Shown here: piece by piece, positions 1 through 10,394 of the stretch
Position numbering within the stretch: position 1 is the stretch's first letter
How the letters are laid out: the number at the start of each line of letters is the position of its first letter
Virus record (IMG/VR): IMGVR_UViG_3300002307_000090
Span: 1-44,104 of that record
Direction: 5' to 3' (one strand)
DNA length: 44,104 bases
Source of the DNA: a virus
Lineage: Duplodnaviria > Caudoviricetes
Translations under genes and position numbers: made by a program
Notes under the pieces: generated by a model
Database searches by the model: none
Told to the model about the DNA's origin: nothing
What the model saw: only the letters and a program-made list of their open reading frames with translations

Positions 1-2
1 CT

Positions 3-1919
3 GCTTTCAAAAAGAACTATGATAAATTCAAGAAGACACATCCTGATGCAACACTGAAAGACTATATTGCCAGCTTGAAAAAGACTGTCAAAGAGTCAGA
101 AACATCATCAATGCTTGCAGCAGATCACCCAACAAAGAAATCAGGTGCAAAAGAGCAGAAGAAGATTGGCAAGTACAATCGTCAGATCACAAAGCCTGAA
201 GTTGTTGACGAAGCAGCAAAGCCTGACTTCTTGGACATGGACAAAGACGGCAACAAGAAAGAGCCATTCAAGAAAGCTGTTGCAGACAAAAAGAAGAAAG
301 TCAAAGAAACATACGACTTCTCTGCATGGGACTCGCAACTCACACAATTGATTGAGGGTAAGAAGCCTGCTTCAATCAATGAAAGTGCTCGTTCAATCAC
401 AAAGCGCAAGCAACTGAATGAAGAGGGTCTTGCTGATCTGTTTGCAATGTTGAAGAACGCTGGCATGCAAGCTCCACAACAACCTGAAGTTGAGGTTGAA
501 ATTGAGAGTGATCCAGAACAAAACACAGCAGCGTATCGTGATGGAGACATGGGCGTTTATGACGGCACAGGCAGTCCAGCATCACCCACACAAACAGCAG
601 ATGGCGATGACCCACACTCAAAGTTTGACGACGCAAGCGATGTACCAGTCATGGCAATGCCACGTGGTATGGGCATGAGTCAAAACACAGACGGCGTTGA
701 ATCACAAGTTGTAGAACCGGTGATGTCGGATGAAGTGATTGATCATCTTCAAAGCGGCGAGTCAGATGATTCAGGCGACGATACACTTGCATTCATCAAA
801 AAGACAATGAATCACGGTGAAACTCCAGTTGAAGTTGTTCAGACTCAAAAGCAAACAACTCCACAGGGTAATGGTGACTTTGAAGATGAAGTTGCAGAAG
901 ACAATGAGCCAGCAGTTGCTCCACGTGCAACAGGCGGATCACCAAGCCCAATGGCAAACAAGCAAGCTCAGTCAATGGACGTTCAAGAAGATGACGTTGA
1001 AGAGGGCAATGCTTTCTCTGGTGCAGTTGCGAAAGCAAAAGCAGACGGCATTCAAAAGGGCGAGAAGATCAACGTTGGTGGCAAGCAATATCCTGTGAAG
1101 GAAGAGGGCGAAATCAATCCAAACAATGGTGATCTTGCAGCAGACGAAGCGGGCGAAGCTGCTCAAGACAACGCTGCAGGCGCATTTGATCAAGCTCAAG
1201 CACAATCACAGCCAATGAACGAACAGGGCGACGAAGAAGGTTCTCACGAGAAGATTGGCAACATGCTCAAGAAGATCGAGCGTATTCTTGCTGCTCACAA
1301 GAAGACCAAAGGTGCTGACAAAGATTCAAAAGCTCCAAAGAAGAAAGTTGAAGAAGACGAAGACAACATGAACATGGTTGCCAATCGTCATTCAGAACTT
1401 GAAGTCAATGAAGACTTATTTGCGGGTTCAGACACATCAAAGGGTGAGGGTCTTACAAAGTTAGCACGTGTTATTCGCAGCGTTCAAACTCCTGAACAAT
1501 ATGAATCAGCAAGAAAATATGCTCAGATGATGTTCAAGCGTCTTGACTCTGAAAATACCTCAATTTCAAGCATGGGCAAAACCAATCGTCTGATCAATGA
1601 CATCAAAGCAGACTTGAAAGCAAAAGCACGTGAGATGGGAGTCAGTGTTGGTGGAAGTCATGGATTGCCAATCGGTCATCATCTTGATGAAAGTCAACTC
1701 ACAGAATGGGCCAATACGCCAAGTCAACTGAGCGATGAAGAAACATTCACAACAGACATTGACTTTATCACCAAGAACATCAGCGGTGGACTCAACAATC
1801 AAAAGCAAGATCAAACTCTTGTGGGTTCGGGACCATCACGTGTTGTCACTCAGACAGAGCGTGAAACTGTCGGCCAGTCAATGGGAGCACTTCTCAAGAA
1901 ACTTGGCGGTATCAACTAA
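3..1919 (+). CDS. Acidic low-complexity virion/prohead-core-like protein, 5' truncated by window
   Basis: Frame is open from position 3. Very E/D/Q-rich, with a KPDFLDMDKDGNKKEP motif, many [ILVM]-x-E sites (VKES, INES, LNEE, MNEQ, VNED, LDES, LTEW) and C-terminal LLKKLGGI. Function inferred. Confidence 0.55.
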   Translation, partial: AFKKNYDKFKKTHPDATLKDYIASLKKTVKESETSSMLAADHPTKKSGAKEQKKIGKYNRQITKPEVVDEAAKPDFLDMDKDGNKKEPFKKAVADKKKKVKETYDFSAWDSQLTQLIEGKKPASINESARSITKRKQLNEEGLADLFAMLKNAGMQAPQQPEVEVEIESDPEQNTAAYRDGDMGVYDGTGSPASPTQTADGDDPHSKFDDASDVPVMAMPRGMGMSQNTDGVESQVVEPVMSDEVIDHLQSGESDDSGDDTLAFIKKTMNHGETPVEVVQTQKQTTPQGNGDFEDEVAEDNEPAVAPRATGGSPSPMANKQAQSMDVQEDDVEEGNAFSGAVAKAKADGIQKGEKINVGGKQYPVKEEGEINPNNGDLAADEAGEAAQDNAAGAFDQAQAQSQPMNEQGDEEGSHEKIGNMLKKIERILAAHKKTKGADKDSKAPKKKVEEDEDNMNMVANRHSELEVNEDLFAGSDTSKGEGLTKLARVIRSVQTPEQYESARKYAQMMFKRLDSENTSISSMGKTNRLINDIKADLKAKAREMGVSVGGSHGLPIGHHLDESQLTEWANTPSQLSDEETFTTDIDFITKNISGGLNNQKQDQTLVGSGPSRVVTQTERETVGQSMGALLKKLGGIN

Positions 1920-1937
1920 GCACTACGAACAAGCATC

Positions 1938-1966
1938 AAGGGCACCACGGTGCCCTTTTTGTTTTC
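1938..1966 (+). terminator. Rho-independent terminator
   Basis: AAGGGCACC-AC-GGTGCCCTT hairpin followed by TTTGTTTT, just after the stop of the first ORF. Confidence 0.8.
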
Positions 1967-1973
1967 TGGCAAC

Positions 1974-1981
1974 GATAAATA
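1974..1981 (+). promoter_or_regulatory. T4-late-like promoter GATAAATA
   Basis: Matches the TATAAATA-type consensus upstream of the structural operon; GAGG SD before ATG 2006. Confidence 0.7.
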
Positions 1982-2005
1982 CATGATAACGAGGCACTCA
2001 ACATC

Positions 2006-3826
2006 ATGGCAATGCAGATCATAAATTACGGATCATATCCAGACGCAAACAACGCTGACTCAATACGTCTTGCGTTCATGAAGACCGACAACAACTTTTA
2101 TGAGTTGTACGGCAATCTTGCGAACATAGCAGGCAACGTGTCTCAGATCACAGCAGGTGATGGCATTCTTGTGAGCAATCCCACAGGTGATGTGACATTG
2201 GCAGCACAATTCGCAGCACTGACTGTACACTCAAACACACTGACAGTCACTGGTCTTGGCGGAATAATTCCACCAGGTGGCAACGCAAACGCAGACTACA
2301 CAGTTGACTCAACAACAAACACACTGATCATTGAACTTGCTTCAAACATTGCTCCAACATTCTCAGACACAATCATCACGGGCAATCTTGCGGTTGATGG
2401 CAACATCACAGTGCCAACGGGCACAGTCACACTTGCCACAGGCAATCTTGAACTTACCTCAGGCACATTCACGGGCAATATTCAAACAGCAAACGCAAAC
2501 ACAATCTTGTTTGCAGACGCAACAGGAATTGTGACATCAGACACAAATCTGACATATGTTCCTGGAAACTTGACGCTGAATCTTGGCAACATTGACGCAC
2601 AATCATTCAACGCTGGATACGCAGTCAACACAGTCAATTTGTCAACCACCAACGCAACAGTGTACGCTGCTCTTGCAGTTGGCGGAAACGTAAACATCAC
2701 AGGCAATATCACAACACAGGGCAATGTTGAAATTGACGGGTCAGCAAACATTGTGGGCAATCTTGACGTTGCTGATGTCGTGTCAACAGGCAACATCACT
2801 GCTCTAACATTCATTGGTGACGGTGGAAATCTTACAGACTTAGATGCATCGGCATTGACAACAGGTACAGTGTCAAACACGCTGTTGTCTGGAACATATA
2901 CAATCAACGTTGCAGGCACAGCAACAACAGCAGGCACAGTCACAACAAACGCACAGCCAAACATCAACTCAGTTGGCACATTGTCTGCACTTGCAGTATC
3001 AGGCAATGTCAACGCAGCAAACGTTGTTGCCAGTGCAAACGTTGTTGCAAACAATATGTCTGTCACAAACAACATTGTGACCAACTTACTGGTATCAGCA
3101 ACAGTCTTTGCATCAGGTACGGGTCAATTTGGCAATGTCATTTCAAACAATGCAAACTTCAGCGGTGCTATCACAGCAAACAGTGTGACAGTAAACACAT
3201 CGCTCACAGCGGCCAATGCACAAATCACAGGCAACTTGTTGGCAAACAATGCCACGGTAACCTATGCTCTTGCAGCAAACAGTGTGACAGCAGGCAATCT
3301 TACAGTTGCCAACACAATCACAGCAGTTGCATTTGACGGTGCATATGTCACAGTCACAGGCGCAGCAAACTCATTGACAGTCAACACACAACAAGCTACA
3401 GTCACAGGCAACGTGTATGCGGGCAACGTTATATCAAGTGGTGTTGTGACAGGAACAAACTTCACTGCCACTGGTACAGTTGCATCATTGCAATCAACAG
3501 TGATTGCCAATGTCACAGCCGGCAATGTCAACGCAAACACAAACATCAACACAACAACGCTGACAGCAACAGGCAACGTCAACGCAGCAAACATCAACAG
3601 TGCAAGTCGTGTTGTTGGTACCGTGTTGGTTGCACCTACCGCTCTTGTGACAACAGTGCAAGCAACCAACGTGATCGCAGCAAACGCAATCACTGCCGGT
3701 GCCGTACAGTTCACGGGTCTTGCAAGTGATCCTTCGCCAGCACCTGGACTAATGTACTACAACAACGTCACAGGACAAATGCGACTGTACAACGGCGTTC
3801 TTTCACAATGGCAGAATCTAAACTAA
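2006..3826 (+). CDS. Tail fibre/spike-like structural protein (N/T/V/A/G-rich beta repeats)
   Basis: 606 aa. N-terminal phage anchor-like segment (DSIRLAFMKTDNNFYELY), repeated GNVxAxN units, TNAQPNINSVGTL motif, C-terminal PGLMYYNN...W module. Confidence 0.7.
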   Translation: MAMQIINYGSYPDANNADSIRLAFMKTDNNFYELYGNLANIAGNVSQITAGDGILVSNPTGDVTLAAQFAALTVHSNTLTVTGLGGIIPPGGNANADYTVDSTTNTLIIELASNIAPTFSDTIITGNLAVDGNITVPTGTVTLATGNLELTSGTFTGNIQTANANTILFADATGIVTSDTNLTYVPGNLTLNLGNIDAQSFNAGYAVNTVNLSTTNATVYAALAVGGNVNITGNITTQGNVEIDGSANIVGNLDVADVVSTGNITALTFIGDGGNLTDLDASALTTGTVSNTLLSGTYTINVAGTATTAGTVTTNAQPNINSVGTLSALAVSGNVNAANVVASANVVANNMSVTNNIVTNLLVSATVFASGTGQFGNVISNNANFSGAITANSVTVNTSLTAANAQITGNLLANNATVTYALAANSVTAGNLTVANTITAVAFDGAYVTVTGAANSLTVNTQQATVTGNVYAGNVISSGVVTGTNFTATGTVASLQSTVIANVTAGNVNANTNINTTTLTATGNVNAANINSASRVVGTVLVAPTALVTTVQATNVIAANAITAGAVQFTGLASDPSPAPGLMYYNNVTGQMRLYNGVLSQWQNLN

Positions 3827-3827
3827 G

Positions 3828-6800
3828 ATGAGTACATGGAACACATCGTCTGGTCTGATTGCTTCACCCTCTCAGGGTCAGCCATTCACATTCACGCTTT
3901 CAGCATCACCAACGCTGGGTGGAGTGATCACATATGTGCTGCAACCCAACACATTTTTGCCTGCGGGTCTGACACTGAACGCAAACACCGGTGTGATTAG
4001 TGGTACACCTCTATACGTCACAGTCAACACGCTAAGCGTCTTTACAATCAGTGCAACTGAAACAACATCAGGCGGTAATGTATTCACCAACCCAGCTTCG
4101 TTCTCAATCAACGTTACAAACTTAACGTGGTCAACACCGCAGGGCAGCATTGGCGTTTTTGCAGAATCATTCCCAGTCAACTATCAGTTTGCAACCATTC
4201 CAAGTCAGAATACAAACACAGTCACGTACACACTGCTCAACGGAACATTTCCCGCAGGTACACTCGCACTTGACTCAACAGGATTGCTCACGGGTTTGCC
4301 AGCAGAAACTGCACAGTCATACACAACCACGTTTACCATTCGTGCTCAAGAATACAACGGTTCAACGCTTATAGCATTCAAAGACAGAACATTCTCGATG
4401 ACTGTTGACATTGCTGTTCCCAATCCCGAGTTTACAACTCCAAGCGGAACACTTTTTACAGCATACGATTCTGTATGGCAGTATTTTCAACTTCAATACA
4501 TTGATCAAAACCCAACCAGCGCACTTGTTATTTCACTGGCAATAGGCATACTACCTTCAGGACTTGAATTGACTCCCGAGGGCGTGATTCGTGGATACGC
4601 ACGACCACCCATCGACAGTACTGGAAACCCTATCAATCAAACATACACGTTCTCACTTGAGATCAGTAGTGACACAGGTCGCAGTTTGACAGCATACAGC
4701 ATTACAATCAACAATCAACAACTAATTTCAGGATTTGTAGGTCGTTCTCCAACAATTTTGAATACGCAACCATTGAGTATTGTGATTCCCGCTGATGATC
4801 AATACGGACCCTACTATCTATCATCAAACAATCTTGGAGACTTCAATCAGAATACTGACTTTATCTTCAAGATGATTGGGTATAATTTTGACACTGACAA
4901 TAATACTGATTTGACATATGTGATCAACGAACCACAGGGCAGCAATCTTGACGCAAATCCTGCCACTGGATGGATCAGCGGTTTGTTGCCAACTATCAAT
5001 CAGAATATTGAGACATACAACTTTACAGTGTCTGTTCACAAAACATCTAATCCTACACTGACCAGCGGAACATTCTTGTTCACTGCTACAATCATTGGGG
5101 ACATCAACTCACAAGTTGCATGGGTCACCGCCTCAAATTTGGGCACAATCAACAACGGAGCAATTTCTGATCTGCAAATATTGGCAACGAACTCATCACA
5201 ACTTGAACTAAACTATCGCATTGCTGGCAATCAAATACAATCAAATTTCAAAACAATCGTCAATACCGGCGCACAATTTGAAACATTTGGAGATGTAGGT
5301 GCTTATGTTACTGGAACACCGGATGGACAAACTTGGACACAGCAACCTTCGATCAACAGTTCGGTAAGCTTGCTGTACTTTACCTCTGCTGTGTACAATG
5401 CTGTCGATCAAATTACTGTTGTCGTAGGATACAATCAAACTGATGGATCAATCATTGGTCAAATACCAGACTCAACCGGAGTATTCATTCCATCATCGTC
5501 AGTGGCTGAAACACAACTTAACTATATACTGCTTACTGGATCTACATACATTGCGGTAGGAAACAACGGAACAATCACGCTGACCACAGACCCAAGTGTG
5601 TGGAATATAATCGCAACGACTGGTACAACACAAAATCTAAACTCAATATGCTTTGGAGCATCTAAATTCATAGCAGTCGGAGACAATGGAACAATACTTA
5701 GTTCGTTTGATACTGTGACTTGGACATCTCAAGTATCGGGTGTTACAACATCATTACGCTCAATCATATACACAGGAACAACTTACATTGCAGTAGGCGA
5801 CTTGAACACGATTCTAACATCATCTAATGGTATAGATTGGACTCTAAACACAAACATTGAACAGCACTTAGTTGCAAATACTAATTTGCAAACGTACAGC
5901 TATAAGTCAATATGTATAGACAGTTCAAACACTCGTATTATGGTTGTTGGAGACTATGGATCAATATTGATCAGTCTTGACGATGGATTCTCGTTTACTC
6001 TTCTTCAAAACTTAATCACAACGTCAACACTGTATCAAGTTATTTACGATAGTGTCAATACAAATTCGTTCTATATGGTTGGCGATGTAGGGGCAATTCT
6101 TCAGTTCAACAACGACTTATTGTCATCAAGTTATACATTTTTGACCAGCCCTACACTTACAAGATTGCCACCTGATCTAGAACTACTAAGTACAGGAGAG
6201 ATCAGCGGACGTTTGGCATTTGAATCAACTGAATCAATTGCTGCAGCAGGAGAAACACGTCAATACGTATTCACGATTCAAGCGTACTCAACACAGTTCT
6301 CAGAGATCAGTGCCATAAAGCAATTTACGCTGACTACATATCAAAAATATTATTTGCCCTATGATAACATTTATATCAAAGCACTGATGTCAATGGATGA
6401 TCGCTATAAGATCAACACACTGATTCACAATGGCAACTTGATACCACCTGAATACGTGTATCGCCCAAATGATGTATACTTTGGTGTGGCTGATAGTGTA
6501 GTCTATCAACATATCTTTGGTGTTCCATCAGTTGCAACCAATGACTTCTTTCAAACTTACATTGATGCAGTACAGATCAATCATTACTGGCGCAACATTA
6601 CGCTTGGTGAAATCAAAACAGCAGTTGCTCGTGACACAAACAACAACATTATATACGAAGTTGTTTACAGTCAAGTGATAGACGATCTTGTGAACAATCA
6701 GAACGTATCAATCTCAAAAGAAATCATCTGGCCACGCAACATTGATCTACACTTGAACGACTGGTACGATTCACTGACTACACAGTATGTATCTGAGACC

Positions 6801-7490
6801 TATCAAGAAGATGTTCAGCCATTGGTCAAGACTTACTTGTCGTCTATTGACGGTTTTACACTGGCGCTGAACGCAGTTGATGATATCACAGTGGGAATGA
6901 ATCTGACTCCTATTGTAGGCAACACAATCACAAACAATTTAGACAACACTCCTCCAATCGTGACTGCAGTTGACATTGCAAATCAAACTGTTACGGTTGA
7001 CGTGGCTCAAACATTGACAACTGATGAACAAATACTGTTTAGATTGCCCACTTACACCGCACTTACGCCAGGAATTGCTCGTACACTGTATCCAAACTCG
7101 CTACCAAATATGCGTCAGCAAATCGATGATGCTATTGGCAATGTCAATGACCCACAACTATTGCCACTTTGGATGACATCAGTACAGCTAGACAATACAA
7201 TTCTTGGATTCACACCGGCATGGGTCATTACATACTGTAAGCCAGGAACATCAGCGATCATTCAACGGAACATTCAGACACAGTGGCCGTATGTCTTGAA
7301 TCAAATTGATTTTGAACTAGACAGATTTGAAGTTGATCGTTCTAAGACATTCAACTACGAGGGTGTAACTAGTGGCGGTGTGCCAATTTGGAATACTCTA
7401 CCAAGTGCTCAGCCAAACATTACAAACAATGCAGCAGATCAGTATGTATATTTCCCAAGAAAAACCATACTGCCCAATCAAACACAATAA
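3828..7490 (+). CDS. Large baseplate/tail protein with Ig-like (He_PIG-type) repeats and an inserted beta-propeller
   Basis: 1220 aa. LPAGLTLNANTGVISGTP-type Ig repeats; FIAVGDNGTIL-type propeller blades at about 5229-6161. Confidence 0.7.
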   Translation: MSTWNTSSGLIASPSQGQPFTFTLSASPTLGGVITYVLQPNTFLPAGLTLNANTGVISGTPLYVTVNTLSVFTISATETTSGGNVFTNPASFSINVTNLTWSTPQGSIGVFAESFPVNYQFATIPSQNTNTVTYTLLNGTFPAGTLALDSTGLLTGLPAETAQSYTTTFTIRAQEYNGSTLIAFKDRTFSMTVDIAVPNPEFTTPSGTLFTAYDSVWQYFQLQYIDQNPTSALVISLAIGILPSGLELTPEGVIRGYARPPIDSTGNPINQTYTFSLEISSDTGRSLTAYSITINNQQLISGFVGRSPTILNTQPLSIVIPADDQYGPYYLSSNNLGDFNQNTDFIFKMIGYNFDTDNNTDLTYVINEPQGSNLDANPATGWISGLLPTINQNIETYNFTVSVHKTSNPTLTSGTFLFTATIIGDINSQVAWVTASNLGTINNGAISDLQILATNSSQLELNYRIAGNQIQSNFKTIVNTGAQFETFGDVGAYVTGTPDGQTWTQQPSINSSVSLLYFTSAVYNAVDQITVVVGYNQTDGSIIGQIPDSTGVFIPSSSVAETQLNYILLTGSTYIAVGNNGTITLTTDPSVWNIIATTGTTQNLNSICFGASKFIAVGDNGTILSSFDTVTWTSQVSGVTTSLRSIIYTGTTYIAVGDLNTILTSSNGIDWTLNTNIEQHLVANTNLQTYSYKSICIDSSNTRIMVVGDYGSILISLDDGFSFTLLQNLITTSTLYQVIYDSVNTNSFYMVGDVGAILQFNNDLLSSSYTFLTSPTLTRLPPDLELLSTGEISGRLAFESTESIAAAGETRQYVFTIQAYSTQFSEISAIKQFTLTTYQKYYLPYDNIYIKALMSMDDRYKINTLIHNGNLIPPEYVYRPNDVYFGVADSVVYQHIFGVPSVATNDFFQTYIDAVQINHYWRNITLGEIKTAVARDTNNNIIYEVVYSQVIDDLVNNQNVSISKEIIWPRNIDLHLNDWYDSLTTQYVSETYQEDVQPLVKTYLSSIDGFTLALNAVDDITVGMNLTPIVGNTITNNLDNTPPIVTAVDIANQTVTVDVAQTLTTDEQILFRLPTYTALTPGIARTLYPNSLPNMRQQIDDAIGNVNDPQLLPLWMTSVQLDNTILGFTPAWVITYCKPGTSAIIQRNIQTQWPYVLNQIDFELDRFEVDRSKTFNYEGVTSGGVPIWNTLPSAQPNITNNAADQYVYFPRKTILPNQTQ

Positions 7491-7513
7491 ATATTACAAT
7501 AACTGGACATACT

Positions 7514-8530
7514 ATGACATCAGCAATCAATACAGGATCAATGAGCGTAAGCTACCCAACGCCCGGAGTGAACAATTCCTCACAGGGTATGCGTGACAAC
7601 TGGGCATCTATCAAGACAAATCTAGACAGTGCTGGAACAGAGATCACTGATATGCAGGGCAAAGTACTGTTGAAGTCTGCACTCTCAGGCACAACACTCA
7701 ACAATGACATGGCCAATGCACAGATCAGCAACGCATTGACACTGGGATTTCGAGCATCAACGTTCAATCTTGGCAACAATCTTGCAAACACAGTGCTGGT
7801 CGATCTGACAAACGGCGATGTACAGTATGGCACAATCACAGCCAACGCACAGCTTCAGTTTGCCAAATGGGCCCCAACCGGAACACAAAGCAACGTGCAA
7901 CTGATACTCAACGTTGCCAACTCATCAGCAGTCTTATCATTGCCTACAAACGTAACACACGGTGTATACTCAATCAAGAATTATCTTGGCAACGGTTCTA
8001 CTCCAGGCGGCCAAATTGCATTGCCAGCACGTGATGGTCATCTTGAGTATGTATTCTCGACCATTGATTGTGGAGCAAACGTCACGATTTCTCCAGTGAA
8101 TATTCCACGTCAATCGCAGCAAATTGCCAAGCGTATTGTAGAGAGTGCTGTAGGTATAGCAGGAGACTTGGCAGGTGATGTGTGTATTGGAACAGGTTTC
8201 GGTGTTGGCACAATCAACATTGTTAACGGCGGCAGTTTATACCCAACAGCCCCAACAGTCATAATTTCTCCACCGGATGTCCCGGGTGGAGTTACCGCCA
8301 CTGCAACTGCTACAATCGCAGGTGGAATCGTTACCGCTATCGTTATTAACAGAAACGGTAATGGATATTTAAAAGTACCAACAGTTACACTTACCGGCAA
8401 CGGCAGTGGCGCAACAGCAAATTGCACACTGACCACTGTTCCAAATTACATGTACTACTGTACCAATAACTACGATGGTACAACTGCAATTTGGAATATA
8501 TTAGCAACTCAACCTTGGTTATTATCATGA
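7514..8530 (+). CDS. Virion structural protein (baseplate/tail associated)
   Basis: Likely start ATG 7514 after AATAAATA (7486-7493) and a GGA SD. YPTPGVNNSSQGMRDNW N-terminus; NYMYYCTNNYDG...W C-terminus. Confidence 0.6.
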   Translation: MTSAINTGSMSVSYPTPGVNNSSQGMRDNWASIKTNLDSAGTEITDMQGKVLLKSALSGTTLNNDMANAQISNALTLGFRASTFNLGNNLANTVLVDLTNGDVQYGTITANAQLQFAKWAPTGTQSNVQLILNVANSSAVLSLPTNVTHGVYSIKNYLGNGSTPGGQIALPARDGHLEYVFSTIDCGANVTISPVNIPRQSQQIAKRIVESAVGIAGDLAGDVCIGTGFGVGTINIVNGGSLYPTAPTVIISPPDVPGGVTATATATIAGGIVTAIVINRNGNGYLKVPTVTLTGNGSGATANCTLTTVPNYMYYCTNNYDGTTAIWNILATQPWLLS

Positions 8531-8766
8531 TGACTCACCCACTAATCGGTTCTGTAGAAGACAAGACCGATGAAGAACTGACAACGATCATTTCCGATCT
8601 TACCAAGAAGTACAGCTATATGTCTCGTATGCACAATCAGGCAATGATGAATCAACTTATCATGACACTGAACACATACAGACATGAACAGTCCAAGCGT
8701 CAATTGGCTGCTTGGGAAAAAGGTGCCGCAGATGCCGGCGCCGATGATAAGATCGATATACAATAG
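8527..8766 (+). CDS. Hypothetical small helical protein
   Basis: ATGA overlap with the upstream stop; about 79 aa. Confidence 0.6.
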   Translation: MMTHPLIGSVEDKTDEELTTIISDLTKKYSYMSRMHNQAMMNQLIMTLNTYRHEQSKRQLAAWEKGAADAGADDKIDIQ

Positions 8767-8767
8767 T

Positions 8768-8807
8768 TGTCCAAAACACTTGACTTCTACACTCAGTGTG
8801 TTATACT
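8768..8807 (+). promoter_or_regulatory. Sigma70 promoter with upstream TGTCC box; leaderless
   Basis: TGTCC-N7-TTGACT-N16-TATACT with extended -10 TG; ATG 6 nt after the -10. Confidence 0.75.
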
Positions 8808-8813
8808 GTGTAG

Positions 8814-9320
8814 ATGAGAACTGACATTTACGGCCAAATCATTCTATCCGAACAGGATATCTGCGAAGCAATGTTGCAGAGTCCTGACAGAATATTATCC
8901 AAAATATACATAGACCAACCAATAAATATCAATGATGAATTGGAATTGAATGAAATACCCGTGTTTGTTGAGTATGTAAACAGTTCTGAAACAATCGAAG
9001 AGTTTGATCAAAGACTACAAAATAATTGGCATATGCCAGAAGAATACAAAACTTTCGATATTGCACAATGGGTATTGGAACAATGTAAAACTGATCATGA
9101 ACGTCAACGAGTTGGCGAAGAGTTATTGATGTATCTAGATCGAAATTTGTTTTCACTACTACAATACATAAAGTATTTGGTGGACACAATGCGTAAGCAC
9201 AACATAGTATGGGGAGTAGGACGTGGTAGTTCTGTTTCTAGCTATGTACTATATCTGATCGGCATTCATAAGATTGATTCTATGTATTACGATTTGGATA
9301 TAAAAGAATTTTTAAGATAA
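8814..9320 (+). CDS. dnaE: DNA polymerase III alpha (DnaE)-like N-half of a split minimal core
   Basis: RVGEEL...YLVDTMRKHNIVWGVGRGSSVSSYVLYLIGIHKID...EFLR matches DnaE RLxxEL...VGPGRGSxAGSLVAYxLxITxxDP...ERFL. It stops just before the DxD motif. Confidence 0.85.
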   Translation: MRTDIYGQIILSEQDICEAMLQSPDRILSKIYIDQPININDELELNEIPVFVEYVNSSETIEEFDQRLQNNWHMPEEYKTFDIAQWVLEQCKTDHERQRVGEELLMYLDRNLFSLLQYIKYLVDTMRKHNIVWGVGRGSSVSSYVLYLIGIHKIDSMYYDLDIKEFLR

Positions 9321-9329
9321 GGAAATACA

Positions 9330-9725
9330 ATGAGCGATATGCACAAATCAGCAATGGGTCGTACGGTAGATATGGCTGCACTACGAGCAAAAAACGAACA
9401 CACTCGTGCAGTTGGCAACATGAACGTCAATGCACGTGGCGATGTTATTGACAGCAACAATGAAGTTATCAATGACAACAACAAGCGTGTCAATGAGTAC
9501 TACATGAAAAGCGCAATGAATCGTGGTGTTAGACCAACTGGAATCAACACGGCGCCTAGTCCAATTATAGGAGAAGTGGCTCCAATTCAACAAACTTCAA
9601 TGCCACAACCAGATCCAATTTCAGTGGCGGAAGAATTGCATCCAGATGAGTTGGATTTTGATGATCATGATGAAGAGATCGTAAAAGAAGAACCGAAAAC
9701 AAAGAAAAACAATTCATCCAAATAA
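9330..9725 (+). CDS. Hypothetical protein
   Basis: 131 aa with AAGGA SD; RAVGNMNVNARGD motif, acidic tail. Confidence 0.7.
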   Translation: MSDMHKSAMGRTVDMAALRAKNEHTRAVGNMNVNARGDVIDSNNEVINDNNKRVNEYYMKSAMNRGVRPTGINTAPSPIIGEVAPIQQTSMPQPDPISVAEELHPDELDFDDHDEEIVKEEPKTKKNNSSK

Positions 9726-9726
9726 C

Positions 9727-9755
9727 TTGATGTTTAATCTATAACACAGTATAAT
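9727..9755 (+). promoter_or_regulatory. Sigma70 promoter; leaderless
   Basis: TTGATG-N17-TATAAT; CATCC 7 nt upstream of the -35; ATG 6 nt after the -10. Confidence 0.7.
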
Positions 9756-9761
9756 ACACAC

Positions 9762-10127
9762 ATGAATACTAAAATCAGCTATGCAGCACATCAACTTAAT
9801 TCCAATCAACTCGTTCCGTTGAAAGATACCATTATCGTCAAAGATATGGTCTTCAAGGAGCGAATGGTTGGTTCAATCATTATCGTCAAAGATGACGGCA
9901 AGGATTCGGGTATCAGACCACGTTGGGCAGAAGTCTACAAAGTCGGCCCAGATCAACACGATGTCAAAGTAGGCGAGTATGTACTTGTCGCACACGGACG
10001 TTGGACCCGTGGAATTGATATCGAAGACGAGAACGGTCACACAACCATTCGCAAAGTCGATCCTAAAGACATCTTGCTTGTCGATAGTGTCAGGCACGAA
10101 GACGAAACTCAATCAACAAAAGTATGA
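9762..10127 (+). CDS. groES: Co-chaperonin GroES-like
   Basis: LVPLKDTIIV...GSIII...AEVYKVGP...VKVGEYVL...DIL follows the GroES pattern. Confidence 0.8.
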   Translation: MNTKISYAAHQLNSNQLVPLKDTIIVKDMVFKERMVGSIIIVKDDGKDSGIRPRWAEVYKVGPDQHDVKVGEYVLVAHGRWTRGIDIEDENGHTTIRKVDPKDILLVDSVRHEDETQSTKV

Positions 10128-10393
10128 TCAGACGTCAACTTCAAAAAATAATTCGTTGGGCAATGAATTATGGGTCTAGTGTTTGTGAACAGCCCGTGTC
10201 AACCTCTAGTTTGAACGGTAAAGGAATGAACTTCTCGATTTATTCAGCCAGCGGTGGTCATGTTATGGAGTATCGTATGTACGACGAGAAGACTGATAAG
10301 ATGATCAACAACTTGCATATTATAACCAGCGATCAAGACATGGGCGAAAGAATCGGTCTGATCGTTACAACTGAAATCTTAAGAAACCACTAA
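10124..10393 (+). CDS. Hypothetical protein
   Basis: 89 aa, ATGA overlap with groES. Confidence 0.65.
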   Translation: MIRRQLQKIIRWAMNYGSSVCEQPVSTSSLNGKGMNFSIYSASGGHVMEYRMYDEKTDKMINNLHIITSDQDMGERIGLIVTTEILRNH

Positions 10394-10394
10394 C

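Noticed and set aside
2296-3714. Long antisense ORFs over the fibre gene, and similar shadow ORFs elsewhere
   Set aside because: By-products of biased NCA/AAC codon usage; no promoters, SDs or motifs.
8814-9320. DnaE fragments as pseudogenes or as a split-intein pair
   Set aside because: Both ORFs are intact, the N-half has its own promoter and the C-half is translationally coupled, and catalytic motifs are preserved. No intein N- or C-terminal blocks are present.
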